A stretch of 60,459 nucleotides of DNA, filler included. It is 3 parts of 3 records of this genome, joined end to end, with 100 filler letters (N's around TTAATTAATTAA, not from the genome) between each part and the next. Parts side by side here need not be neighbours in the genome. Positions count along the whole stretch, not along the records: positions 30,270 to 60,459 come from DRR723986_10058; 2 more parts are not named here. One strand, given 5' to 3'. The translations under genes and the position numbers were made by a program. Shown in pieces: positions 32,300 through 41,211 of this stretch. The notes beneath the pieces were generated by a model that was not told the origin of the DNA, made no database searches, and saw only the letters and a list, made by a program, of their open reading frames with translations. How positions within the stretch are numbered: the first letter of the stretch is position 1; each line of letters starts with the position of its first letter.

Positions 32300-33376
32300 T
32301 CAGGCCCCGTACGTGTTCTTGTCGTGCTTCTCGACGATCTGCTGGAACCGGCGCGCGAAACGCTCGTCCGACTTGGCCTTTTCCTCCAGCACCTTGCGGG
32401 CGAACACCATGTGGTCCTCATGGGCTTCCATCATGTCGGCCATGCGCTGGTTGGTTGCCGAGCCGATGGCGGCCATCGCTGACTGGGCTTCCTTGTCGGT
32501 GGCCACGCCGATCTCGTTGATCTTGTGGGCGATATCCTGCTGCTGAGCCGTCTTGAGGGATTTCACAAGCGCATCGTAAAGCACGACGCGCTGCTTTGTG
32601 TCCGTCTGCAGCTTGTTGATCAGCACCATCTGGGTAGCCGCCTGGTTCTGAAGGCTGTCGACCCAGGTCTTGCCCTTTTCGATGTAGCGTTCCAGCGTCT
32701 GGCTCTCGGCCAGCTTGACCTGCTCTTCCTGGGCCAGGCGGTTGTATTCGGCGTTCATCTCCGCCAACTGGCTCTCCAGCTTGGTGCGCTCGGAGGCATC
32801 GGTCTCCACGGAAATCTTGTTTTCCAGAGCAATCACATCCGGATCCATGGCCACAAGCTTGGCCTTGATTTCTTCCAGGGTGCCGACTGTCTGTTCGCGC
32901 TGGCTCAGCGTTTCGCTGAGGTTGGTTTCCACGCGCTTGGAATGTTCGTTCAGCGTGTTGAGCTGTTCCTGCAGCAGCTGTCCGATGACATTGGACTTGG
33001 TGATCAGGTCCTGAAGCTTGTCGTCGATGCTGGCGGAGCGCATGCGTTCCTGGCGGATGCTGTCGGAGCGCTGCTTGGAAAAGATGCCGATGAAGCTTTC
33101 CCATCCGGTCTTCGTGCGCATGGCATCGAAGTCCTTGGAGAAGGTCGCGGTGACATCGTCAAGACCCATGATGAGCTCGGCGATGTTGGCGCCCATGAGC
33201 TCGGTGTGCTTGTGAACATCGTCAAGGGACGCGTTCTCGATGTCGATGGAAATGTCCTGCCCGGTGTCCAGCTTGGACTTCGCGGTTTCGATCTTCGAGG
33301 TCAGCTCGTCGATCTTCTGCCTCGCGGCGGCAACTTCCTTTTTCGACTTTTCAATCTGAGCGCTGAAATCCGCCAT
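32300..33376 (-). CDS. Long coiled-coil protein with an amphipathic segment
   Basis: Heptad-rich E/K/Q/L composition, TGWESFIGIFSK segment; GGAAGG RBS. Confidence 0.75.
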   Translation of the reverse strand: MADFSAQIEKSKKEVAAARQKIDELTSKIETAKSKLDTGQDISIDIENASLDDVHKHTELMGANIAELIMGLDDVTATFSKDFDAMRTKTGWESFIGIFSKQRSDSIRQERMRSASIDDKLQDLITKSNVIGQLLQEQLNTLNEHSKRVETNLSETLSQREQTVGTLEEIKAKLVAMDPDVIALENKISVETDASERTKLESQLAEMNAEYNRLAQEEQVKLAESQTLERYIEKGKTWVDSLQNQAATQMVLINKLQTDTKQRVVLYDALVKSLKTAQQQDIAHKINEIGVATDKEAQSAMAAIGSATNQRMADMMEAHEDHMVFARKVLEEKAKSDERFARRFQQIVEKHDKNTYGA

Positions 33377-33512
33377 GGGCCCCTTCCGGATAAAATTTTT
33401 TCAAAGTGATTCTTATTTAGCAAGTCTTCTTGGAAATACAATTACAACGCGCTTGCCGAAACGTCATGGTTCCACATGCTTGCGGCGTGTTCCTGGGACG
33501 GCATGAAGCGGC

Positions 33513-34226
33513 TCAGTCTTGAAGACGGCCGGGAAAGCCGATGCTGGATGCCCGTTGTACCCGCAGCCAGAGTTGTCCGTCGAAGGCCTTCCGGTCGAGA
33601 AAATCCACACGAAGTCCGAGACTGGTGCACTCGGTGTCGATCCAGGACTTGCTGTGGCGAACGATCCCCGGTTCATCGGAAACATGGCTGGTGCCGACCC
33701 ATGCTGTGCCGTTGTAGTCCTCTTCCGGGGACCTCGCAGGGAGATAGGAAACGAGGAAAACCGCATTCTCGCTCGAGTTCTGGAGAAAACCCTCCAGCAT
33801 CGTGCGGATATGAGGCTTGCTGCAATGGGTCCAGATGGACCCCGCCAGAACCAAGTCGAACTTTTTTCCGAACACGGACAGGTCGAATTCGGCATTGTGG
33901 TCGAAACGCGGCTGTCTTTGTCGAAGGACCTGATCATCAAACAACAGATCAAGTCCCCAGCGCACCCTGTCGCGGTGCGGTTCGATACCACAGTAGTTTC
34001 GCTCTCCAAGAAAGGGAATCAGCCAGTAGGCGGTCCGCAGACAACCGCAGCAGATTTCCAGCAGGCTCGTTTCCGGCGACAAGCCTTCGCGCAGGAGCTC
34101 TGCGAACTGACGTCTGCCACCTTCATCGAAGGTCTGGGTCGGCACGCCAAGAAATCCGTGGTCGAGCGCCATCTTCTCGCCAAGGCGCTGGACGTTTGTC
34201 TTTTCCTGATCCGATGCTGTCTTCAT
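33513..34226 (-). CDS. Class I SAM-dependent methyltransferase; start uncertain
   Basis: Motif I-like LLEICCGCLR, YCGIE, FDLVLAGSIWTH. Confidence 0.75.
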   Translation of the reverse strand: MKTASDQEKTNVQRLGEKMALDHGFLGVPTQTFDEGGRRQFAELLREGLSPETSLLEICCGCLRTAYWLIPFLGERNYCGIEPHRDRVRWGLDLLFDDQVLRQRQPRFDHNAEFDLSVFGKKFDLVLAGSIWTHCSKPHIRTMLEGFLQNSSENAVFLVSYLPARSPEEDYNGTAWVGTSHVSDEPGIVRHSKSWIDTECTSLGLRVDFLDRKAFDGQLWLRVQRASSIGFPGRLQD

Positions 34227-34455
34227 TGCCTTGTCTGTCTGCCCGCAACACGTTCTGTGTGAAGGTGTCAGGTCTCGCGGTTCGTGGTGTTTGTCCTGTC
34301 GTAGCAGGACGGGAACGGGCATGTGGACTACCGCGAAACAGCACCTGCGGCAAAGGCGTATTTGAAAGCTTTTGACCTTTCACGCCGTCAACGGCTATGC
34401 CATTGTTCCGCAGACCTGATCTTCAAAAACAACAACAACAGCCCCGTCAAATCAC

Positions 34456-34968
34456 ATGAGCCAATCCGAAACGCCAGAAGAACGTTTTCCCGACGTGCTT
34501 TTTTACAATGCCTCACTCACGGAGGTGCAGGAAAACGTCACAATAGGACCCGGTACACGTGTCGGTTCCATGACGATAATTCACAAGAATGCAAGCATTG
34601 GTTCTGGAACTACTATCGGGTCGCATTGCAATATTTGCGAATGTGTCATTGGCGATAATGTTTCCATTCAGACCGGCTGCCATATTACACGTGGGGTTAC
34701 TGTTGAAGATGACGTCTTCATCGGCCCGCAAGTCGTAACGCTCAACGACAAGCTGAAAGGTGGGCCAATGGTCTATCCCTATATCGAGCGCGGAGCGAAG
34801 ATCGGTGGTGGCAGCCGCATTCTTCCAGGTGTTCGTGTCGGCGCAAATGCAGTTGTCGGTGCCGGCAGTGTTGTGACCAGAGACGTTCCTCCGGGTGCCC
34901 TCGTGGTTGGTAACCCGGCTCGTGTCAGATCCGACGGACAGGACAGGCAAGCTCAGAAATCTCCATGA
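34456..34968 (+). CDS. Hexapeptide-repeat sugar N-acyltransferase (WbpD/WlbB-like)
   Basis: IGPGTR/IGSGTT/IGDNVS repeats, VEDDVFIGPQV, GAGSVVTRDVPPGALVVGNPAR. Confidence 0.85.
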   Translation: MSQSETPEERFPDVLFYNASLTEVQENVTIGPGTRVGSMTIIHKNASIGSGTTIGSHCNICECVIGDNVSIQTGCHITRGVTVEDDVFIGPQVVTLNDKLKGGPMVYPYIERGAKIGGGSRILPGVRVGANAVVGAGSVVTRDVPPGALVVGNPARVRSDGQDRQAQKSP

Positions 34969-35807
34969 AGGACCTGATCCTGAACCTTGCACCCACGGGT
35001 ATGGTGCCGACCCGTGCCATGTCGTCGGCCGTGCCGCTGTCGCCGGACGAGATCATCGCCGACTGCCGCCTGTGTGCGGACCTTGGCGCGACGATCCTGC
35101 ACATTCATGCAAGAGACGAGGATGGCCGGCCAACATTCCGGAAAGACATATACGCGCGGATCATTGCAGGTATCCGGGAAACGCACCCGGATGTGATCAT
35201 CTGCGTGTCCCTCAGCGGTCGGAACTTCCCGGAGTTCGAACGACGTTCAGACCCCTTGCAGCTGACAGGGGACCTCAGGCCTGACATGGCCAGCCTCACG
35301 CTGTCCTCGCTGAATTTTGCCCGCACCGAAAGTATCAATGCACCGGATATGGTTGCCCGCCTTGCAAAGACCATGGAAGACCGCGGCATTCGTCCCGAGC
35401 TGGAGGTCTTTGATGCGGGCATGGTGAATTACGCCAGGTATCTTGCAGACCGCGGGATATTGAAGCCTCCCTTCTATTTCAACGTGCTGCTCGGAAATCT
35501 CAGCAGTGCACAGGTAACGCCCCTGCATCTGGCGGCGATCACGCAGGATCTGCCTCCAGAATCCGTCTGGTGTGCAGGCGGGATCGGCGAAAGCCAGCTT
35601 GCCGCCAACACGCTGGGGCTCTTGTTCGGAAACGGTGTGCGAACCGGTCTGGAGGATTTTCTGTGGCTTGACGCGGACAGAACGCAACCGGCTACGAACG
35701 AGAAACTGGTTAGCCGGGTAAGCGAGCTCTGTACGCTCCTTGGTAAGCGGTTTGCCTCTGCCTCGCAGGTTCGCGAAGCGCTTGGGATGACGCCTCATGC
35801 AGGCTGA
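34965..35807 (+). CDS. Beta-keto acid cleavage enzyme family (BKACE/DUF849, Kce-like)
   Basis: APTG..VPLSPDEI, GATILHIHARD metal motif, PDMASL, PELEVFD, VRTGLED; ATGA overlap with the upstream gene. Confidence 0.9.
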   Translation: MKDLILNLAPTGMVPTRAMSSAVPLSPDEIIADCRLCADLGATILHIHARDEDGRPTFRKDIYARIIAGIRETHPDVIICVSLSGRNFPEFERRSDPLQLTGDLRPDMASLTLSSLNFARTESINAPDMVARLAKTMEDRGIRPELEVFDAGMVNYARYLADRGILKPPFYFNVLLGNLSSAQVTPLHLAAITQDLPPESVWCAGGIGESQLAANTLGLLFGNGVRTGLEDFLWLDADRTQPATNEKLVSRVSELCTLLGKRFASASQVREALGMTPHAG

Positions 35808-37128
35808 CCGTCGTCCGCTCCGGATCCTGATGACCAACAACACGCTGGATCAACCAGCCGGGTCGGAGCTTTATCTCAGGGATCTGGCGCTGTCCCTCAT
35901 GCGGCGCGGGCACTTCCCGGTGGCTTACAGCCAGAGCCTTGGCCCGGTTGCCGACCGTCTCCGAGCGGCGACCATTCCTGTCGTTGACGACCTGCGGGAC
36001 CTGTCCGCGGTGCCCGATGTGATCCACGGGCAGCATCATCTGGAAACGATGACGGCCGCGCTTCGTTTTCCGCAAGTGCCGGTCACCTATACCTGTCACG
36101 GCTGGATTCCCTGGCAGGAATGGCCACCGGTCTTCCCGAACATCCTGCACTATGTCGCGGTTGATGACCTGTGCCGGGAACGTCTTCTGACCAGTGCGGG
36201 CGTACCGGCTGACCAGATCTCGGTTCTGCATAATTTTGTCGATCTCGACCGCTTCAGAAAGGTGCGGGACCTTCCGGACAAGCCGAAGTCCGCACTTGTC
36301 TTCAGCAATTCTGCGGCTCAGGTCCCGAAGGCGATACGTGACGCCTGCACCCGCATGGGCATCGAGCGCGTCGATATCGTTGGACAGAACTCCGGCCGCT
36401 CCGCCGCACATCCGGAGACCATCCTGGCGGACTATGACGTTGTCTTTGCAAAGGCGCGCGCTGCAATCGAGGCAATGGCATCCGGATGTGCCGTTGTCGT
36501 CATGGATTACGGTCAACTTGGCGGGCTTGTCAGTTCCTCCAATCTGCAAAGCATGCGCGGATTGAATTTCGGCATCCGAACCTTGCAGAACCAGCTTTTG
36601 CATCAGGACAAGATCGAGCGTGAACTGGAGCGTTACGACGCATCGGATGCGCGCGCGGTGACACAGTGGATCAGGGCGAACGCCGGCCTGGAAGCAGCCG
36701 TGGATCGATGGCTGGAAATCTACCACAGGACCATCGAACGCTGGAGTGATGTTGCCGGGACGCTGCACGATGGCGAGAGACTGACCTCCGCATCGCGCTA
36801 TGTCAGTCAGCTTGCACCGCGGGTGAAGGCAAAGGAACAGGTGGAACATTGCAAAAACCTCGCCGATGCAGACCTCAGGGCGGCGAAAGCTCAGTTGGAG
36901 CGGGATACGGCAGTCGCTGCCAACAATGATGCGCGACACAAGGCGAGGATCGCTGAACTGGAAAGAGAAGTGCAGGGCCTGAGGAGGGAATTGCAGGGTC
37001 GGAAGAGGGAACTGGAAAGACACAGATTTCCAGGATTGGCTGTCCGGATGGCCTGGCAGGGGTTTGAGAAGCAGGTTCTCAAGCGGTGCCGCCAGCAGAT
37101 AGCGTCCTTCAGGAAGCCGAAATCGTGA
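35797..37128 (+). CDS. GT-B (GT4-like) glycosyltransferase with C-terminal coiled coil
   Basis: LRILMTN..AGSELY..LA, PDVIHGQH, VLHNFVDLDRF, AIEAMASGCAVV. Confidence 0.8.
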   Translation: MQADRRPLRILMTNNTLDQPAGSELYLRDLALSLMRRGHFPVAYSQSLGPVADRLRAATIPVVDDLRDLSAVPDVIHGQHHLETMTAALRFPQVPVTYTCHGWIPWQEWPPVFPNILHYVAVDDLCRERLLTSAGVPADQISVLHNFVDLDRFRKVRDLPDKPKSALVFSNSAAQVPKAIRDACTRMGIERVDIVGQNSGRSAAHPETILADYDVVFAKARAAIEAMASGCAVVVMDYGQLGGLVSSSNLQSMRGLNFGIRTLQNQLLHQDKIERELERYDASDARAVTQWIRANAGLEAAVDRWLEIYHRTIERWSDVAGTLHDGERLTSASRYVSQLAPRVKAKEQVEHCKNLADADLRAAKAQLERDTAVAANNDARHKARIAELEREVQGLRRELQGRKRELERHRFPGLAVRMAWQGFEKQVLKRCRQQIASFRKPKS

Positions 37129-38042
37129 CCCTGCATCTTGCCGAAATTGTCTCCGAGGAACCATTGCGCGTGCTGCTGGTTGGCCTTGGCAAGATGGGCC
37201 AGCTTCATATGGAATGCCTGTCCAAAATGCCCGGCGTTTCTATTGTCGGTATCGTCGATGAAGACGAGGGCAAAGAGATTGCTGCAAACGGGATCCCGTT
37301 CGCGCGATCGATCGATGGTCTCGCCAACGACTTTGCAGCTGCCGTTATTGCGGTTCCTGTCGAAAGGCATGCCGAGGCTGCCGTTCCGTTGCTCGCACGC
37401 GGCATCGATTGCCTTGTCGAAAAACCTTTGTCGCTGTGCCCGGGAGAGATAGAAACGATGATTGCCGCGGCCCGCACCGGCGGCGCCAGGCTATCGGTCG
37501 CGCAGGTCGAACGTTTCAACCCGGCCATCGAAAGCACGATGGCCGCCTTGCGCAAGCGCTCAGGCAAGGTGCGTGTGCAACGGCTGTCCCGGATGCAAAG
37601 CGTTGCCGGCGGCCCGGACGTGATCGCCGACCTGATGGTGCATGATCTGGACTGGATCGTGAAACTCGAGGGAACAAGTGACTGCGAGATAACGGTGCTG
37701 GAGAGCCGCAGGACGGCAGGCTGCCTGGATTATGTCTGCTGCCGTCTCGGTTTTGGCGACAGATCCTATGAGCTGGCTGCGGTCCATGGAGCCAGCAAAC
37801 GGAAGCGCAGCCTTGACGTCTGGCTGGACGGAGATGAAACGCGCTGTTTCGACCTTCTTGCGTTGTCGCCAGACGGGCGGCCGGATCCGCTGACGCGGCA
37901 GGCCGAAGTTTTTGTCATGAGCAGAGCAGGTGACGCGGCTGAACTGGCGACAGCTGAAGAGGCGCTCGCTGTACTTCGACTGTCGGACGCAATCAGACGA
38001 TACACACTCGAGACCACAAGGCCACCGGGAGGTGCGGCGTGA
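37125..38042 (+). CDS. Gfo/Idh/MocA NAD-dependent sugar dehydrogenase (WbpB/GnnA-like)
   Basis: VGLGKMGQLH, LVEKPL, ERFNPA, DLMVHDLD; GTG 37125 overlaps the upstream TGA. Confidence 0.85.
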   Translation: MTLHLAEIVSEEPLRVLLVGLGKMGQLHMECLSKMPGVSIVGIVDEDEGKEIAANGIPFARSIDGLANDFAAAVIAVPVERHAEAAVPLLARGIDCLVEKPLSLCPGEIETMIAAARTGGARLSVAQVERFNPAIESTMAALRKRSGKVRVQRLSRMQSVAGGPDVIADLMVHDLDWIVKLEGTSDCEITVLESRRTAGCLDYVCCRLGFGDRSYELAAVHGASKRKRSLDVWLDGDETRCFDLLALSPDGRPDPLTRQAEVFVMSRAGDAAELATAEEALAVLRLSDAIRRYTLETTRPPGGAA

Positions 38043-39157
38043 AGGTGATTGTTCCCTTCGCCGATGTGGTTTCCGAATGGCAACCTGTCCGGGCCAAGGC
38101 TCTGGAAGGTATCGACAGGGTGTTCTCACATGGGCGTTTTGTCGGCGGTCCGGAAGTCGCCGAGCTGGAACAGAAACTTGTCGGGATAACTGGGGCAAGG
38201 TTTGCAGTCGCTTGTGCGTCGGGAACGACGGCCCTGCAAATGGCCATGATGGCTCTCGGCATTGGGCCGGGTGATGAAGTCATTGTTCCGGGCTTTACCT
38301 TTATCGCGCCGGCGGAAAGCGCTCTTGTGCTCGGTGCGGAGCCGGTATTGGTAGACGTCCTGCACCCGTCCGGCCTGCTTGATCCGGATGAACTGGAAAC
38401 AGCGATTTCCAGTCGCACCAAGGCCATCGTCGCGGTCTCGCTTTTTGGACTGCCTGCCAACTTCGAAGCCATCAATTCGATTGCCGCAAGGCACGGAGTT
38501 CCAGTGATCGAAGACGCTGCCCAGAGCCTGGGGGCGGGGCTGGAAGACAGGCGGAGCGGCAATCTGGCGGGGCTCGGATGCACCAGTTTTTTTCCGACGA
38601 AGGTGCTCGGTGGGGCTGGGGACGGCGGAGCGGTCTTCACCAATGATGAGGCGCTCGCCAGCGCGCTTCGCGAGATCCGTGACCATGGACAAGGCGGCAA
38701 GTACCATCACCTGCGGCTGGGGATGAACGGCAGGATGAGTTCGATCGCCGCCGCTGCCCTGCTGGCGCGGCTCGACCGGTTCAGCAAGGCGTTGGATCGC
38801 CGCCGCAATATCGGTGAGCTATACGACAGGCTCCTCGAACCACTCCGGGAGACTGGTCGTTTGGATTATGTCCGCAGTCCGGACATGGCAGGCAGTGCCC
38901 GTTCGCAATATGCCGTCGTTCTGGAGGATCGCGAAGCGCTTTCCAGAGGTTTACGCGAGGCAGGCATAGAAACGGCAGTTCATTATCCCGCTCCGCTGCA
39001 CGACCAGCCGGTTCTGCAGCATTGCCGCCGGTCTGGTCGCCTCGAAACTGCGTCCATGCTGGCAAGCAGGATCCTGTGTCTGCCCATACATCCGGGCCTG
39101 ACGGATGAACAGGTGAACTTCACCGTGGAACGCCTTGGCGTGCTCGTCCAAGCCTGA
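38039..39157 (+). CDS. DegT/DnrJ/EryC1/StrS PLP sugar aminotransferase (WbpE-like)
   Basis: SGTTAL, GDEVIVPGFTF, IEDAAQSLG, SFFPTKVLGGAGDGG with PLP lysine. Confidence 0.92.
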   Translation: MKVIVPFADVVSEWQPVRAKALEGIDRVFSHGRFVGGPEVAELEQKLVGITGARFAVACASGTTALQMAMMALGIGPGDEVIVPGFTFIAPAESALVLGAEPVLVDVLHPSGLLDPDELETAISSRTKAIVAVSLFGLPANFEAINSIAARHGVPVIEDAAQSLGAGLEDRRSGNLAGLGCTSFFPTKVLGGAGDGGAVFTNDEALASALREIRDHGQGGKYHHLRLGMNGRMSSIAAAALLARLDRFSKALDRRRNIGELYDRLLEPLRETGRLDYVRSPDMAGSARSQYAVVLEDREALSRGLREAGIETAVHYPAPLHDQPVLQHCRRSGRLETASMLASRILCLPIHPGLTDEQVNFTVERLGVLVQA

Positions 39158-39188
39158 ACACCCCACCCGTTCCCGAGGCTGATGTCGG

Positions 39189-41162
39189 TCAGGCCCCGGT
39201 AAAGTCCAGAAACCGGCGGCTGAACAATGGCCTTGCCTCGTGCCGTGCGATGAGAAGATCGCGCCAGGCAGCGGGATAATCGTCCACGGCCAGCATGTCT
39301 GTCGTTTCGTGGTCGATGCCGGTGGCAACTTCGAGCAAGGCGTCCAGATCGCTGAGATCGGGTTTTGGTAGCGTATTGCTGCGGCATGCCTGCCACATTT
39401 CAGCATAAAGATCTTCCAGTTTCGAAACCAGAAGCGGCGTGTCGAAGAGGAGGCAGTCGTCCCGGCTCTCGGTCAGGCGTTGACGAAGATCCCGCAGCGC
39501 TTGGCGGTCCTTGCCGAGGTCTGCTGCGCGCTTCACGTAATCTTCCGGCGTCGGACAGACGAGCTCCTGAAGACCGGCGGCGGTGACCAGGCTCGCACAG
39601 ACCCGTGCGGCGAAACATTTTCCGGCAATCGTGAGGACCGGCACGCCCATCCAGAGGGCATCAGAGGCGGTGGTATGGGCGCCATAGGGGGTGGTGTCGA
39701 GGAAGAGGTCGGCAAGCGGATAACGTGCCAGATGGTCGGGGTTGGCCATCTTCCCGGCAAAAACCAGCCTGTCCGGAGCAATGCCTGCCGCTTCGGCACA
39801 AGCCTTGAGACGCTGGTCGGTTTCCGTTCCGCCGGTCAGCAGCCAGAGAACGCTTCCCGGTACCTTCTTCAGGATGGCGAACCAGCGGTCCAGGCAGAAC
39901 CGCGTGATCTTGTGGCTGCCGTTGAAGCAGCAGAACACCGTGCCGTCTTCCGGCAGCCCGAAATCGGAGCGTTGCCAGATGCGTTCGGACACGACGCGCT
40001 TGCGATTGTTCGGCTGGTAGCAGGGCAGGCGCAGAACCTCTTCGGAATAATAGATCTCGTGGTCCTGCGGAATGATGATGTCGTCGGCGACGATATAGTG
40101 ATGGAACGGACTGGCTGTCGTGCCCGGAAAGCCGAGCCAGTTGACGATGACCGGAGCCGGACGCAGTGCGACCAGCCGCGTACGGCCTTCCCGGGTATAG
40201 CCGTTTACGTCGATCAGGATCTGGATGCCGTCTTCGGCGATCAACCGCGCGGCAGCTTCGTCGTCGATGCCGGAAATGGTGCGCCAGTTGTCGGTGGTTT
40301 CCCGGAAATTCCGGCTGAGCGGATCATCCGCTGTCGGGCCGCAATCATAGGCGAAGATCTCGACCTTGGACCGCTCATGCAGGCCGAACACTTCCGCCAT
40401 CAGGTGACCGACGGCATGTTCGCGAAGATCGGACGACAGGTAACCGATCCGCAGCGGGCCGTCGTGCTCCATGGCCTTTGGCCATGCCTTCATGGGGGCG
40501 GAGGGCGTTCCGACGTCCTGGCGGCTGTAGTCGGCGCAAAGGCCAAGCTGAAACAGCGGGTCGTCGCTGAAGGCCGCGGCCGACAGGGGCGACATGGCCC
40601 GCACCTGCTGTGAAGGCGTTACCCGTTCCAGCGGCTGCACCACCGGCCACTCGCACTGGCGCTGCCGAAGGGCAATAAAATGCTGCGCGACTTCCCGTTG
40701 GTGCGGGTCGAGTTCCAGGCTCTGGCACAGCATGCTTTCGGCTAGAACGTCCTGGTTGGCGGCTTCCAGCGTGCGGGCAATCTGGTTGAGGGCCGTCAGA
40801 CGAACGGAGAGCGAAGCCGGCGTCACCGCAAGGGTCTGTTCCAGCACTGTGTTCCACTGGCCAACCGCCGCGCCGATATCCCCCTGCTGTTCCAGAATAC
40901 GACCGAGGTTGATATGGGCCGCATGAAAGCTCGGATTGAGGTTCAACGCGCGCTCCAGGGTCTCGCGCGCAGCCGCCAGCTTGCCGGTTTCGGAAAACAG
41001 CACAGACTGGTTGAAAAGTACTGCATACAGCAGTGGGTCATCCGGGTTCTGTGCCACCCAGGTGCCATAGAGAACTTCCGCGGCACCAAAGGAGCCGTTG
41101 CCTTTCAGGGCCTCGGCCGCGCCGATGAGTTCAACGATCGACAGGCTGGTTTCATTTGCCAT
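39189..41162 (-). CDS. GT41 OGT/SPINDLY-like protein glycosyltransferase with N-terminal TPRs
   Basis: TPR-like helices, RIGYLSSDLREHAVGHL, ILIDVNGYT, RPAPVIVNWLGFPGT, FCCFN..KI, DLFLDTTPYGAHTTASDALWMGVPVLT. Confidence 0.9.
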   Translation of the reverse strand: MANETSLSIVELIGAAEALKGNGSFGAAEVLYGTWVAQNPDDPLLYAVLFNQSVLFSETGKLAAARETLERALNLNPSFHAAHINLGRILEQQGDIGAAVGQWNTVLEQTLAVTPASLSVRLTALNQIARTLEAANQDVLAESMLCQSLELDPHQREVAQHFIALRQRQCEWPVVQPLERVTPSQQVRAMSPLSAAAFSDDPLFQLGLCADYSRQDVGTPSAPMKAWPKAMEHDGPLRIGYLSSDLREHAVGHLMAEVFGLHERSKVEIFAYDCGPTADDPLSRNFRETTDNWRTISGIDDEAAARLIAEDGIQILIDVNGYTREGRTRLVALRPAPVIVNWLGFPGTTASPFHHYIVADDIIIPQDHEIYYSEEVLRLPCYQPNNRKRVVSERIWQRSDFGLPEDGTVFCCFNGSHKITRFCLDRWFAILKKVPGSVLWLLTGGTETDQRLKACAEAAGIAPDRLVFAGKMANPDHLARYPLADLFLDTTPYGAHTTASDALWMGVPVLTIAGKCFAARVCASLVTAAGLQELVCPTPEDYVKRAADLGKDRQALRDLRQRLTESRDDCLLFDTPLLVSKLEDLYAEMWQACRSNTLPKPDLSDLDALLEVATGIDHETTDMLAVDDYPAAWRDLLIARHEARPLFSRRFLDFTGA

Positions 41163-41211
41163 TCGTGGCGGTCCTGGGTGTGTCTGGTGAGTCGGAATGA
41201 TGGCGCAAAGA

